A stretch of 64,000 nt of DNA, from contig NC_043003.1 in the NCBI RefSeq assembly GCF_006345805.1, forward strand, positions 8,866,001-8,930,000. The letters run 5' to 3'. This DNA comes from Octopus sinensis (Eukaryota). The translations under genes and the position numbers were made by a program. Shown in pieces: positions 1-10,580 of the stretch (its first letter is position 1; each line of letters begins with the position of its first letter). The notes beneath the pieces were generated by a model. The model made no database searches. It was not told the origin of the DNA and saw only the letters and a list, made by a program, of their open reading frames with translations.

Positions 1-240
1 TGCTTTTCAACCACGTGGATCCGGTTTGACGTCTATTTTTAGCATACAAGTAATGTACATAGTGATCTCTCATATTGTTTATATATACATAAATCCCCAA
101 AAACGGAATAAGAATGACAATAAAAACATACTGACAGATAGACAATACAAAGACGGACATACACACACACACAAATTAACAGAATGAGATTAAAAAAATC
201 CAAGGCTGTGAAGAGTTTTCAGAACATTTATAAAGAAAAG

Positions 241-288
241 GTCTTACAGCTGTTTCCGAGATATTTTATAAATCCCTTCATCAGAGAC
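241..288 (-). ncRNA. Minimal type-I hammerhead ribozyme motif (Penelope-like-element type)
   Basis: Minus strand reads GTCT-CTGATGA-A-GGGAT..ATCTC-G-GAAAC-AGCT-GTA-AGAC: intact core, 4-bp stem I, 5-bp stem II, palindromic ACAGCTGT in stem/loop III, GUA cleavage triplet. Confidence 0.75.
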
Positions 289-437
289 GGTGCGGGAAAA
301 TGTTTAAGTAATAGTTATAATAGAGAAGATATGAAATACAGAGTGAAGTGGAGGAATGAAAACAGACGTGAGATACGTAAGGATATTGTATCTGCAGTTC
401 CATAATTTAAGCAGAATGGTGCATATATAATTTTCCT

Positions 438-468
<31 letters not shown>

Positions 469-624
469 TCTGCCAAATATATACGTTTTTATTATTATTT
501 TGCTATTTACTTAATCATCGGTATATTATTGCTATTTTATTTTTCATATTTCTATTATATGTAATTTTCTAGATGGTGTAATTTAATTGTTCATTTTGAA
601 TTGATGAAAGTGTTTTTTCTCATT

Positions 625-657
<33 letters not shown>

Positions 658-731
658 TATTTTGCAAAATTTGATTTAGTATTTCTAAATTGAATTTTTC
701 CCTGTAAGTTTGGAATAATATTCCCTCAAAA

Positions 732-842
<111 letters not shown>

Positions 843-1070
843 TATTCACTCACAAAAATATACACATGTTCATATTGTTTCAATTCGTATTGTTTTAGGT
901 TTTACTGGCATTAAAGCATTATTACAAAATAAAGCGAAACTCCACGTTAATCTCTCCTTCATCATCTCTGAAAGATACAAGAGATAATCACTATGGTACG
1001 ATAAAATATTTTAATATTTACTTCAGAACTGAAGTTTGAAATTTTTTCCCTCTCTAATATCAAATTTGTT

Positions 1071-1114
1071 AAACCACCACCACCACTACCACCACCACCA
1101 CCACCACCACCACA

Positions 1115-1149
<35 letters not shown>

Positions 1150-1203
1150 CACCACCTCCACCACCACCACCTCCACCACCACCACCACCACTACTACTAC
1201 TAC
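1071..1203. repeat. (CAC)n/(TAC)n compound microsatellite
   Basis: Direct reading; explains the poly-His/Gly/Ser ORFs. Confidence 0.95.
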
Positions 1204-1390
1204 AACCGATGCTGCTCTTATAACGGTTGGTCTTATTTCGTTTCTTTAATATCAATGGTTAACAGAATAATCACGTTTTAAAAATATATATTTTTGTGCT
1301 TCAGTGTTCATTTATTACTTCTTTTTCTACTTTCGCCTCTACTTCTAGTGCTAATAGTCCTGAATAGTAATAATATACTTTCTAATTTTA

Positions 1391-1594
1391 GCACAAGGCC
1401 AGAAATTTTGAAGGGTGGGTGTAAGTCGGTTATATCGATCCCAATGCTCATAAGGTACTTATTTCATCGACCCCGAACGAAAGAAAGCCAAAATCTACCT
1501 TGGTGGAATTTGAACTCAGAACGCACAGAGCCGGAAGAAATGCCGCTAAGCATTCCGTCTGAGTCGCTAACAATACTACCAACTCGCTACCTTA
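1391..1594 (-). mobile_element. tRNA-derived SINE family A, degenerate copy
   Basis: Reverse complement of the family A box B (gagttcaaatt) and central domain (ctttcatcctttcggggtcgataaa..aagtacc). Confidence 0.75.
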
Positions 1595-1670
1595 ATTTCA
1601 AGTTCACATTCAAGGAAACGCTGGAGATGTCGTAGCCTCAGAGTATGTCTGCGCATCATCAGCTACGGCA

Positions 1671-2038
1671 GTGGAGGCGCAATGGCCCAGTGGTTAGGGC
1701 AGCGGACTCGCGGTTTCGATTCCCAGATCGGGCGTTGTATGTGTTTATTGAGCGAAAACACTTAAAGCTCCACGAGGCTCCGGCAGGGGGTGGTGGCGAC
1801 CCCTGTTGTACTCTTTCGCCCCAACTTTCTCTCACTCTTTCTTCCTGTTTCTTGTCCCCGACTTCCTACGCAACCGCTGAACCTGGATGCGCATTCATTC
1901 ATCCGTCGATGCTCTCGGTGTCGGGGGTTGACCTGCTTTCTCTTCTACAGGTCTTACGAATAGCAAAGGACCACGTTTCGGACTTTTCCCACTGCGAGCA
2001 CTGGGACGAAGACCGCTTCGCTCAACAAACAAACAAAC
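1671..2038 (+). mobile_element. tRNA-derived SINE family C, tail variant 1 ending in (AAAC)n
   Basis: Head gtggaggcgcaatggcccagtggttagggcagcggactcg and body shared with 37639-38024 and 53412-53797, but a different 3' module. Confidence 0.85.
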
Positions 2039-2489
2039 AGCTACAGCAAGCCCAGTCCTCCATTTAACGGAGCACCTGACCTGTAGAATCTGTCCCTTCC
2101 GCAGAAAGCGGAAGAGCAGATATGCCAGTCCGGTTTAGACGTGCAATGGGGGTAAGGTAACAACGGTTAAGCAGTAATATACGGCGGAAGTGATGTAAGT
2201 GTTCGCTACCTCTGTTCGACCTTTCTTGGATAGCTGTCTATCGGCCCTTTTTGTATGAGGCCTGCCACCTTGCTCGTTACCTCGTCCCAATTCTCCTCCA
2301 CTTCAAAATCAGGCCCTATCTAGACCCCGCCTATCTAACCGTTTGGTGCCCTACACTGGACCAGCTCATCATTCGTTTAAACTATATTTCTGAAGTATCT
2401 GCATTCACTTGCTTAAATCTCATTATTTTCCCTTTCTCTTTGTCATTATTTAAAATTTGTTATTACTTTTAGAAATCTTTTCCTTGAGA

Positions 2490-2890
2490 AAAGTGGTTAA
2501 GGTGTTGAACTCACGATCACGGTTTCGATTCCTAGATCGGCTGCGAGTTTTCTTCTTCTTCAAAACTCTTCATTTTACGTTGCTGCAATTCACTCATCTG
2601 TAAATCTGTGACGGATTAGTGTACAAGTTTCAGGTGGTGACCCAAGAATGTCACCCGAACGGTGGTCTTGCGAGCCATGTTTGGAATTCAAGGTTCAGAT
2701 GGTGACCCAGGAAAGTCACCCGAACGGAGGTCTTGCGAGTCACATTTGGAATTCAAGGTTCAGATGGTGGCCCAGGAAAGTCACCCGAACGGTGGTCTTG
2801 CGAGCCACGTTTGGAATTCAGCGATCGAAAGGATGAATAGTACAACCCGTACTGTAAATCGTGACTGGTTGCGATTTGTTTTTCAACAAC
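2490..2890 (+). mobile_element. Degenerate SINE-like element containing three tandem 65-bp units (2627-2820)
   Basis: Decayed C-like tRNA head at about 2490-2540; units start at 2627, 2692 and 2757, each with a GGTGAC..GTCACC hairpin. Confidence 0.5.
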
Positions 2891-3627
2891 ATCGAAGGAT
2901 AATGATGGTAATGATGAGTACCGCACTACTAGTTAGCAACTTTCACCACAACACCAGAAGAAATCATGTTAAAGTACAAGTGATGGAATATTTACAAAAA
3001 TACGAAATGACTGGAACCCCCACCCAAAAAAAACAAAAAAAATATCCCTAATTTTTTTTACCCTAAGATAAACAATTCACGTAGACTGGATGCGTTGCAG
3101 TGTGTTTCTAATAAAATGGTGGAATATTTAATTCGTCTCCATATGAATGTCTGTCACAGTACATACATCATGAATATTTTGAGATTCTATTACGGGAAAT
3201 ATTGTCAAAGCGTTCCGGTAATCAATAAATATCATCGCCCAGCAAAATTTTCCTTTTGCTATCTTCAGTTACGACTTTGCTGATCAGCAATTAATCTTTG
3301 CAGCTATGGAAAATTTTCTGCTGTTCTGCTAATATATTGCACTTTTTGGTGTGTGTTTTTTTTTTTTTTTGCAGTTGTGCATGTTTATTTTGTATATGAA
3401 GGGAATGTTTTTAGAAATTGTTGTTTAGCAGGCTTTTGGTCTCTGTTCGCAGACATCAGTTATATTTGGATTTAGGATAATATAATAGTTCTTCGTTCAA
3501 TGATTCATGTTGGTACTGTTCGTGATTTTTCATCGAGGTAATAAATATCATTTCATAAAAGTTTTGTAAACCTGTTAAATATTTTAACCAAGAGTTTGGT
3601 TTCATTATTTATTCAAGGCCCAAGTCA

Positions 3628-3865
3628 GCGAGCTGGCAGAAACGTTAGCACGCCGGGCGAAATGCGTGGCCGTATTTCGTCTGCCGTTACGTTCTGAGTT
3701 CAAATTCCGCCGAGGTCGACTTTGCATTTCATCCTTTCGTGGTCGATTAAATAAGTACCAGTTACGCACTGGGGTCGATATAATCGACTGAATCCGTTTG
3801 TCTGTCCTTGTTTGTCCTCTCTGTGTTTAGCCCCTTGTGGGTAGTAAAGAAATAGGTATTTCGTC
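3628..3865 (+). mobile_element. tRNA-derived SINE family A
   Basis: gcgagctggcagaaacgttagcacgccgggcgaaatgc head, box B gagttcaaattcc, central domain; many copies in the window. Confidence 0.9.
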
Positions 3866-3921
3866 TTTCGTATGTTTATATATTTTTCACTCGTTGGTGA
3901 AATTTTGTGCTTAATGCGTAT

Positions 3922-3952
<31 letters not shown>

Positions 3953-3986
3953 TATAGGAAAAAAGCAACAAGAATGGATCAAAATA

Positions 3987-4070
3987 TCGGTACAATTGTT
4001 TCGTACGAGGACATCTTTAATAAGCTACAAAAATTGCAGTAAATATAGGTGGCTCGCACTCATCAGCCGA
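3987..4070 (-). ncRNA. Type-I hammerhead ribozyme motif with long stem II
   Basis: Minus strand TCGG-CTGATGA-GTGCGAG...CTCGTAC-GAAAC-AATT-GTA-CCGA: 4-bp stem I, 7-bp basal stem II with further inner pairing, palindrome ACAATTGT, GUA triplet; (TA)n tracts on both sides. Confidence 0.85.
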
Positions 4071-4171
4071 AAAAACATCAGAGATTCCCAAACATCAAAA
4101 GGGGTATTCTAGTTAAGGACCATATTCATGTGAATTCATTAGAACTCACTTGAATCTCAATTACTTAAACC

Positions 4172-4205
<34 letters not shown>

Positions 4206-4207
<2 letters not shown>

Positions 4208-4372
4208 CAACCGGTGTTATCTTGTTTGTGTGTCTGTAACTTAATGGGCCGGCAAAAGACACTGATTGAATAAGTGCCAAACTTTTTTTTTTTAATAAGT
4301 ACCAGTGGCGATTTATTGATCAACATTCTTCAAGGCCGTACCTAAGCATGGCCGTAGTCCAATGACTGAAAC
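4206..4372 (+). mobile_element. SINE family B, 3' half
   Basis: Degenerate match to the family B 3' module ending agcatggccg(t)agtc(c)aatgactgaaac. Confidence 0.65.
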
Positions 4373-4403
<31 letters not shown>

Positions 4404-4430
4404 TGTGTGTGTGTGAGTGTGTGTGAGTGA

Positions 4431-4470
<40 letters not shown>

Positions 4471-4532
4471 GGCCTTCTATTTTAATAACCATTTTACGTA
4501 AAAGCAACGAAACAATAACTGTTATAAAACAA

Positions 4533-4580
<48 letters not shown>

Positions 4581-5148
4581 GAAGAGGAGGAGGAGGAGTA
4601 GTTCTATAAGACAATGGCATATATCCAGAGACAGACAGACGGACAGACAGACAAAGAGATAGAGGAGAGAGAGAGAGAGGGTGTCAAAAAACCATGAAAG
4701 AAAGCAGTAACAAATACATCAACATCAACATCAACAAGAGAAATAAACAGTTATTACAGCGAAAGTAACCTTTCTTGCGCCTCCTTCTTCCCCCGCCACT
4801 GATGGAGCGCTAGATTTGCCCTTCCACCCTCGCAATATAGAATCGCTGCAGACGAACCGAGTAGGCAGGTATTCTTGACTCGTGAAGAACAGAACCATGT
4901 GTGATAAAAGTTCGTTTTGGAATGTGTGAAGAAGCTATTGCGCGCGTCGATACCATGATAGAGAGAGAGAGAGAGGGAGAGAGAGGGAAGGAGGGAAAGA
5001 GAGAGAGATGGAAAGAAAGAGAGTAAGAAAGAGAAGGAATGATAGTGGGGGAGGGAGGAAGAGACTGAAAGACCAGCGGGCGGGAGGAGAAGGAGGAAGA
5101 GAAGAAGGTTTGAGAAATGCGCCGTCTGTAAAGAAGGCATTCTGAGAT

Positions 5149-5208
<60 letters not shown>

Positions 5209-5318
5209 GAGAGAGCAATCAGATGTTAATAACGACAACGGCAATAGTAGTTACAACAGCAATAATATTAACAACAACAGCAGCAGTAACAACATCGATG
5301 GCAAGAACAGCAACAGTT

Positions 5319-5505
5319 AAGGCAGTGAACTTGGCAGACTCCTCAGCACATCGGACAAAACGCTTAGTGATTTTTCGTTCGGCTTTACGTCCTAAGCTCA
5401 GGTCAACTTTGCTTTTCGTCCTTTCGAGGTCGATAAGTACCAGCTATACACTGAGGTCGATGTAATCAACTAGACCCACCTCCAAAATGTCAGGCCTTGT
5501 GCCAT
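5319..5505 (+). mobile_element. SINE family A, degenerate
   Basis: Head and central domain recognisable. Confidence 0.7.
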
Positions 5506-5787
5506 AACTCTTTTACTTGTTTCAGTCATTTGACTGTGGCCATGCAAGAGCACCGCCTTTAGTCGACCAAGTCGATCCCAGGACTTATTCTTTGTAAGCC
5601 TAGTACTTATTCTATCGGTCTCTTTTGCCGAAACGCTAAGTTACAGGGACGTAAACACACCAGCATCGGTTGTCAAGCGATGTTGGGGGGATAAACACAG
5701 ACACACAAACATACACACACATACACATATATATACATATAAACGACGGGCTTCTTTCAGTTTCCGACTACTAAATCCACTCACAAG
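5506..5787 (-). mobile_element. SINE family B (CORE-like), 5'-truncated
   Basis: Reverse complement of the family B tail, internal microsatellite and part of the CORE-like domain. Confidence 0.85.
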
Positions 5788-6099
5788 TACACTCAGTACA
5801 TCGTGCACTCAGTACATCGCGGATTTTCCTGGCTAATATACGTAAATGTACGGTATATCTGGATTTCTGCAGTCGATAGGTATTTATATTTTTTTAGATT
5901 TTAATTATTTCTGCAGGGCGTTTTGGAATGTAACACCCGCAATAGTCGAAGGATTACTGTACCAGTTCAGCCCTGGGGTTGATATAATCAACTAGTTCCC
6001 TCACCCGAAACATTTCAGGCCTTGTGTCTATTTTTGGAAAGGGGGAAATAACAGTAACAACGACAATACCCAAGGACAACAATAACGACAGTAAATAAT

Positions 6100-6268
6100 G
6101 GTCTCAGATTTTGGCAATAAGGTCGGCAATTTAAGAGGAAGGGGGCAGCCGATTAGATCGAGCCCAGTACGCAACTGGTACTTAATTTATCGACCCCGAA
6201 GGGACAAAAAGCAAAGTCGACTCGGGCGGAATTTGAACTCAGAACCTCATGAGTTCTGACGCTCTAAA
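6100..6268 (-). mobile_element. SINE family A, partial
   Basis: ggtacttaatttatcgaccccgaa...ggaatttgaactcagaac. Confidence 0.75.
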
Positions 6269-6269
6269 T

Positions 6270-6340
6270 AAGTGGTTCCCAACCTTTTCACTACCAAAGA
6301 CCCCTTTTATTTAAATGAGTTTTCCCACTGACCCCTTTTA
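6270..6340. mobile_element. Possible hAT-type terminal fragment
   Basis: agtggttcccaaccttttc resembles the CAGTGGTTCCCAAC termini of hAT/Charlie-type elements; other end not confirmed. Confidence 0.3.
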
Positions 6341-6559
6341 ATATGCTTATCCTTATATATGCACCAGCATGGCCGCAGCTCTGAGCTGAAACTTTAAATA
6401 TATATATTTAAAGCAGTGGGCACCAGCGCTGGTGCCCCAGCATGGCCGCGGCCTTCGGGCTAAAACATTTTTAAGGATTTAAGATATATATATATATATG
6501 AAATTGTGAATTTGGTTCACGGACCCCCTTTACTTCTTTGGCGGACTATATTGTCAAAT

Positions 6560-6725
6560 GTACCTGCGGCCAAGCTGGAGCATCGCCTGGAAGCGTTTTA
6601 GTCGCGCATAACGACCCAGTGTTTCTTTTTGGAAAGTCTGGTACCTATTCTATCGGTCTCTTTTACTAAATCGCTAAATTATGAAGGCCAAAACAACACA
6701 GGTTGTCAAGCGGTGGGGTGGACAG

Positions 6726-6790
<65 letters not shown>

Positions 6791-6970
6791 AACACACATA
6801 CATAAACACTTATATATGTGTGTGTGTGTCTGTCTTCGATGGACTTCTTTTAGTTCCTGTCTAGAAGAACCACTCACAAGGCTTTGGTCGGATCGGTGGT
6901 TATTGTGGAAGACGCTTGACCAAGTTCCTATGCAGTGAGACTGAAGCGTGAGTCATGTGATTGGGAAATA
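6560..6970 (-). mobile_element. SINE family B, degenerate, with internal (CA)n
   Basis: Reverse complement of all family B modules. Confidence 0.8.
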
Positions 6971-7098
6971 GGCCTCTTACCACAAATTCAGTCCTAAGTA
7001 TTCCGGATGTGGAATTTGCCAGCGTAATCATGATATCCAAAAAGATTTCAGGATGAAAAATAAAATTTAAAAAGACCCAAAAAAAGTATGAGAAAATA

Positions 7099-7294
7099 TA
7101 CCGTTTTTGATGGCATAAAATAGGCACACACACACGTTAGACGCACCCTAGTTTCAGCAACGAATATTCAGGAAAAACGGTTATTCTGCATTAAAGCTTG
7201 TGAGAGATTCAACTTCGCATGTACGGCAAAGTGATGTTTTTAAGACTTATTTTTTTGTGGGGGAAAAGTGCGTCTTATGTTATCAAATAAGATA
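7099..7294. mobile_element. Possible pogo/Tc1-type MITE
   Basis: Imperfect inverted ends: taccgtttttgatggcataaaa..agacgcac versus gtgcgtcttatgttatcaaataagata. Confidence 0.35.
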
Positions 7295-7370
7295 ATTTTA
7301 CATCGTAAGGAAGCAACAAGGGAATTCAAAGTTTGGAGAGAGAGAGAGAGAGAAGTGGGGTTTTTTCTCT

Positions 7371-7405
7371 CTGCTGACGAAAGACAACAGTTCGAAACGT
7401 TGCAT
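7371..7405 (+). ncRNA. Decayed minimal hammerhead motif
   Basis: CTGACGA-A-AGAC-aaca-GTTC-GAAAC-GTT with AACGTT palindrome; stem I and stem II imperfect. Confidence 0.4.
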
Positions 7406-7465
7406 TCTCCTGCTCCTTTCTTACAATGTAAAAAAGAAAAAAATGATATATTTATGCGCATTTTT

Positions 7466-7672
7466 AGGCGGTGAGCTGGCAAAATCGTTTGCACGCCGGG
7501 CAAAATGATTAGCGGCATTTTGTCCGTCTTCACGTTATGAGTTCAAATTCTGCCGAGGTCAACTTTGCCTTTCATTCTTTGAGGGTAAATAAGGACCTGT
7601 TGAGCACTGATTCGATGTAATTGACTCGCCCCCTCCTCCAAAATTGCTGGCCTTGTGTAAAAATTTGAAACC
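7466..7672 (+). mobile_element. SINE family A
   Basis: Head, box B, central domain. Confidence 0.85.
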
Positions 7673-8159
7673 AATATATTTATGTGTATTTTTCTTTTTC
7701 TTTTATCCAGATTTTTATACGTGTTAATTATGAGAAAAATTTGCTTGGGATTTTCGTTAGTCCGAAATATGCCGAAGCTCCTCACAGCAAAAGTGAAACT
7801 CTGTCGATTTGTTAATCATTAATGCTGTCCAACCACTTAATTCATCGATCTCGGTAAATATGAAAACGCAATGTTGATATTAGTTTGACAGGAAAATTCA
7901 GTCGAACATGTCTACCGCAATGTTTTAGTGTATCGCTTTTTGCGGTTTTTCACACTTTCCCTCTGTCACTTCGACAATCATACAAAAGTTAGTTGTAACC
8001 ATGTGTGACTTACAGTAGAGCTGTAACGTGTCAACAAACACGATACACTTACTTCCCTGTTGACGGATCTGTGAAACCGAACCTCTCGTTGGTTTCATCT
8101 GCGGCTAGGATTCGTATTACATTTTCCTATAAATTTACCTCTATATTCACACAAAGCAC

Positions 8160-8213
<54 letters not shown>

Positions 8214-8307
8214 GCTTAGTAAAATAAATTACTTTGCCACATACTGAACTCATTAAAGCCGAAAGGGTATGCTCCCGACTTTCAGTGTTCCAAATCCGAT
8301 TCAAGGA

Positions 8308-8366
8308 ATTCTGAGCTGAAGAAGAAATGTCGAATTGACTATCTAGAAACGTACGTTTCTCAAATA
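8308..8366 (+). ncRNA. Hammerhead motif, repeat copy 1
   Basis: TGAG-CTGAAGA-..-GAAAC-GTAC-GTT-(T)CTCA; one extra T relative to copy 2; stem II weak. Confidence 0.55.
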
Positions 8367-8855
8367 ACCTTTGCACTTGATTTTTAAGTGTTTTTTCCCC
8401 CATACTTTTGTGAGTTAGTTTAGGCAAACAATCTGAGAGAGATCTTCTTTAAGTATTAGAAATAGCTGAAGAAATTTCTTTAGCTGCTATTTCAATGAGT
8501 TCAGTATGTGGCAAAGTAATTTATTTTACTAAGCCCTTATATATAATGTAATATTTTGAATTCGCCTATAATGGTCCCTTTACATACTGATACTTGGTGA
8601 AATTGATTAATAATAATTAATTTTACCCTCAATTGTTGAAATATAATTCATCTTCTCTGCTAAATGCTGCGGTTTTCACCGTTAATACATGGTGTTTGTC
8701 AATTTTAACCACGCGGGTGGAAAGGGGAGAGCAGAAATTCTTCGCTTGCATATTCGAATTTGATAGCACTTTTAGTTCGAGCAGAATTCTAGAGGTGATT
8801 AGAAGCCGAAAGGGTATGCTCCCGACTTTCAGTGTTCCCAAATCCGATTCAAGGA

Positions 8856-8914
8856 ATTCTGAGCTGAAGAAAGAAATGTCGAATTGACTAATCTAGAAAC
8901 GTACGTTCTCAAAT
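8856..8914 (+). ncRNA. Hammerhead motif, repeat copy 2
   Basis: ATT(C)TGAG-CTGAAGA-..-GAAAC-GTAC-GTT-CTCAAAT; perfect 10-nt palindrome AACGTACGTT; stem II partly decayed. Confidence 0.65.
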
Positions 8915-9211
8915 AACCTTTGCACTTGATTTTTTAATGTTTTTTTCCCCCGTACTTTTGTGAGTTAGTTTAGGCAAACACTATCTGAGAGAGATCTTCT
9001 TTAAGTATTAGAAATAGCTGAAGAAATTTCTTTAGCTGCTATTTCTAATGAGTTCAGTATGTGGCAAAGTAATTTATTTTACTAAGCCCTTATATATAAT
9101 GTAATATTTTGAAAGCCGCCTATAATGGTCCCTTTACATACTGAATACTTGGTGAAATTGATTAATAATTAATTAATTTTACCCTCAATTGTTGAAAGTA
9201 TTATATATATT

Positions 9212-9266
<55 letters not shown>

Positions 9267-9327
9267 CCAAATCATTAAATCATCCATAGATTTTTAGTGA
9301 AAATTAAGTCCGGAATCAGCCAAATCG

Positions 9328-9368
9328 AGCGATCTATGAGGCTACGGAAATAGCCGAAACTGACCGCT
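9328..9368 (+). ncRNA. Decayed hammerhead motif
   Basis: AGCG(AT)-CT-ATGA-GGCTA-cggaaa-TAGCC-GAAAC-..-CGCT; perfect 5-bp stem II, core missing one G, triplet mutated. Confidence 0.4.
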
Positions 9369-9496
9369 ACTTTCGGGCAATTACAGTCCATGTCAGTACA
9401 TACTTATACAGTTATGTGCTTTAACTACAGCATTTTAGCTCTTATTTCTAGCAATGTAGTTGTTCCCAGTCATATTTAGTGACTATTATAGTTTCC

Positions 9497-9497
<1 letters not shown>

Positions 9498-9556
<59 letters not shown>
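9498..9556. repeat. (GATA)n microsatellite
   Basis: Direct reading. Confidence 0.95.
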
Positions 9557-9595
9557 TTGAATCAACATTAGATTAAATACAAAATAGGATTCAAT

Positions 9596-9693
9596 ACATA
9601 CGCGCGTTTCAAAGGACGATACAAAAATGTAAGAAAAAAATTATAACCATAGTAATTATAATAAAATTTATGCATTGACATTTTCATCAGTGT
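9596..9693 (-). ncRNA. Hammerhead motif with long degenerate stem II
   Basis: Minus strand ACA-CTGATGA-(about 70-nt imperfect hairpin)-GAAAC-GCGC-GTA-TGT; palindrome ACGCGCGT; stem I only 3 bp. Confidence 0.6.
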
Positions 9694-9996
9694 GAGGAAT
9701 TTTTGTAAGGACATCTTTTTCCCCTCCATTTTTCTATAATTGTTTATGGTATCTTTATACCTTTAACGATATTTTTCAACTACTACTTTCATATTCTTAT
9801 TACTTGCTCTGGCTGTTTTTTTATAAATATGATGAATCTTTATTAGAAATCAGTCTCTCTCCCATTTTGGACCTCTCAAAAGGTTTCTCTTTTGAACTTA
9901 TTTTTCCCATATATATATATATAATATATATACATATACACACATACATACACACACATATATATATATATATATATTATCTATATATATATATAA

Positions 9997-10276
9997 CAAC
10001 AGTTGCAGCGTGGAAGATGTTTGTAAGCCATCCAAGAACACACGAAACCTTTAGTTTCACTTCAACATTTAAATTTCATTTGTGTCAAAATATTTTCGTC
10101 GCTTTGAAACCGTGACCTGCTCACTGTTAAAACTTCGGGCTGCATCAGTGAACAGGTCGCGGTTTCACAGCAACGAAAACATTTTGACATAACTGAAATT
10201 TAAATGCTGAAATGAAACTAACAGTTTTTGCGTGTTCTTGAATGGTTTACAAACATCTTCCATGCGGCAATTGTTT
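9997..10276. repeat. Fold-back element, about 130-bp imperfect inverted arms, 19-nt spacer
   Basis: Arms 9997-10126 and 10146-10276; abuts a (TA)n tract. Confidence 0.85.
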
Positions 10277-10332
10277 TTGTTTCAGCTCACGATCTCAGAT
10301 CAAGTCACTTGCTATGCAAGTACATCTCCGTA

Positions 10333-10392
<60 letters not shown>

Positions 10393-10394
<2 letters not shown>

Positions 10395-10580
10395 TGGCCG
10401 CAAGTATAGTTGTGCAGTAAGAAGATTGTTTCCCAACCACATGGTTCCGGGTTCAGTCCCACAGCATAGCACCTTAGACAAGTGTCTTCTACTATAGCCT
10501 CGGACCGACCAAAGCCTTGTGAGAGGATTTGGTAGATGGAAACTGAAAGAAACCCGCCGTATATATGTGTGTGTGTGTGT
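10393..10580 (+). mobile_element. SINE family B, 5' half
   Basis: tRNA-like head plus CORE-like ggcaccttgggcaagtgtcttct domain, degenerate. Confidence 0.8.

Larger units (their letters stand above)
8204..9197 (+). mobile_element. Penelope-like-element remnant: inverted terminal piece plus two direct pseudo-LTR-like repeats
   Basis: Direct repeats 8256-8641 and 8803-9197, each with a hammerhead core; 8204-8254 is the inverse of 8494-8544; (TA)n on both sides. Confidence 0.7.

Noticed and set aside
1671-1760. tRNA genes (also the heads of families A and B)
   Set aside because: tRNA-like box A/B heads continue into SINE bodies with tails and TSDs; no complete cloverleaf
2180-2200. ETS-like GCGGAAGTG promoter motif
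   Set aside because: A single short motif between repeats, with no associated exon
2627-2820. CRISPR-like array
   Set aside because: Contiguous 65-bp units with no unique spacers, no cas genes, eukaryotic context
3225-3275. CTGAAGA plus an 8-bp hairpin on the minus strand
   Set aside because: No GAAA after the hairpin and no valid cleavage triplet; too decayed to call a hammerhead
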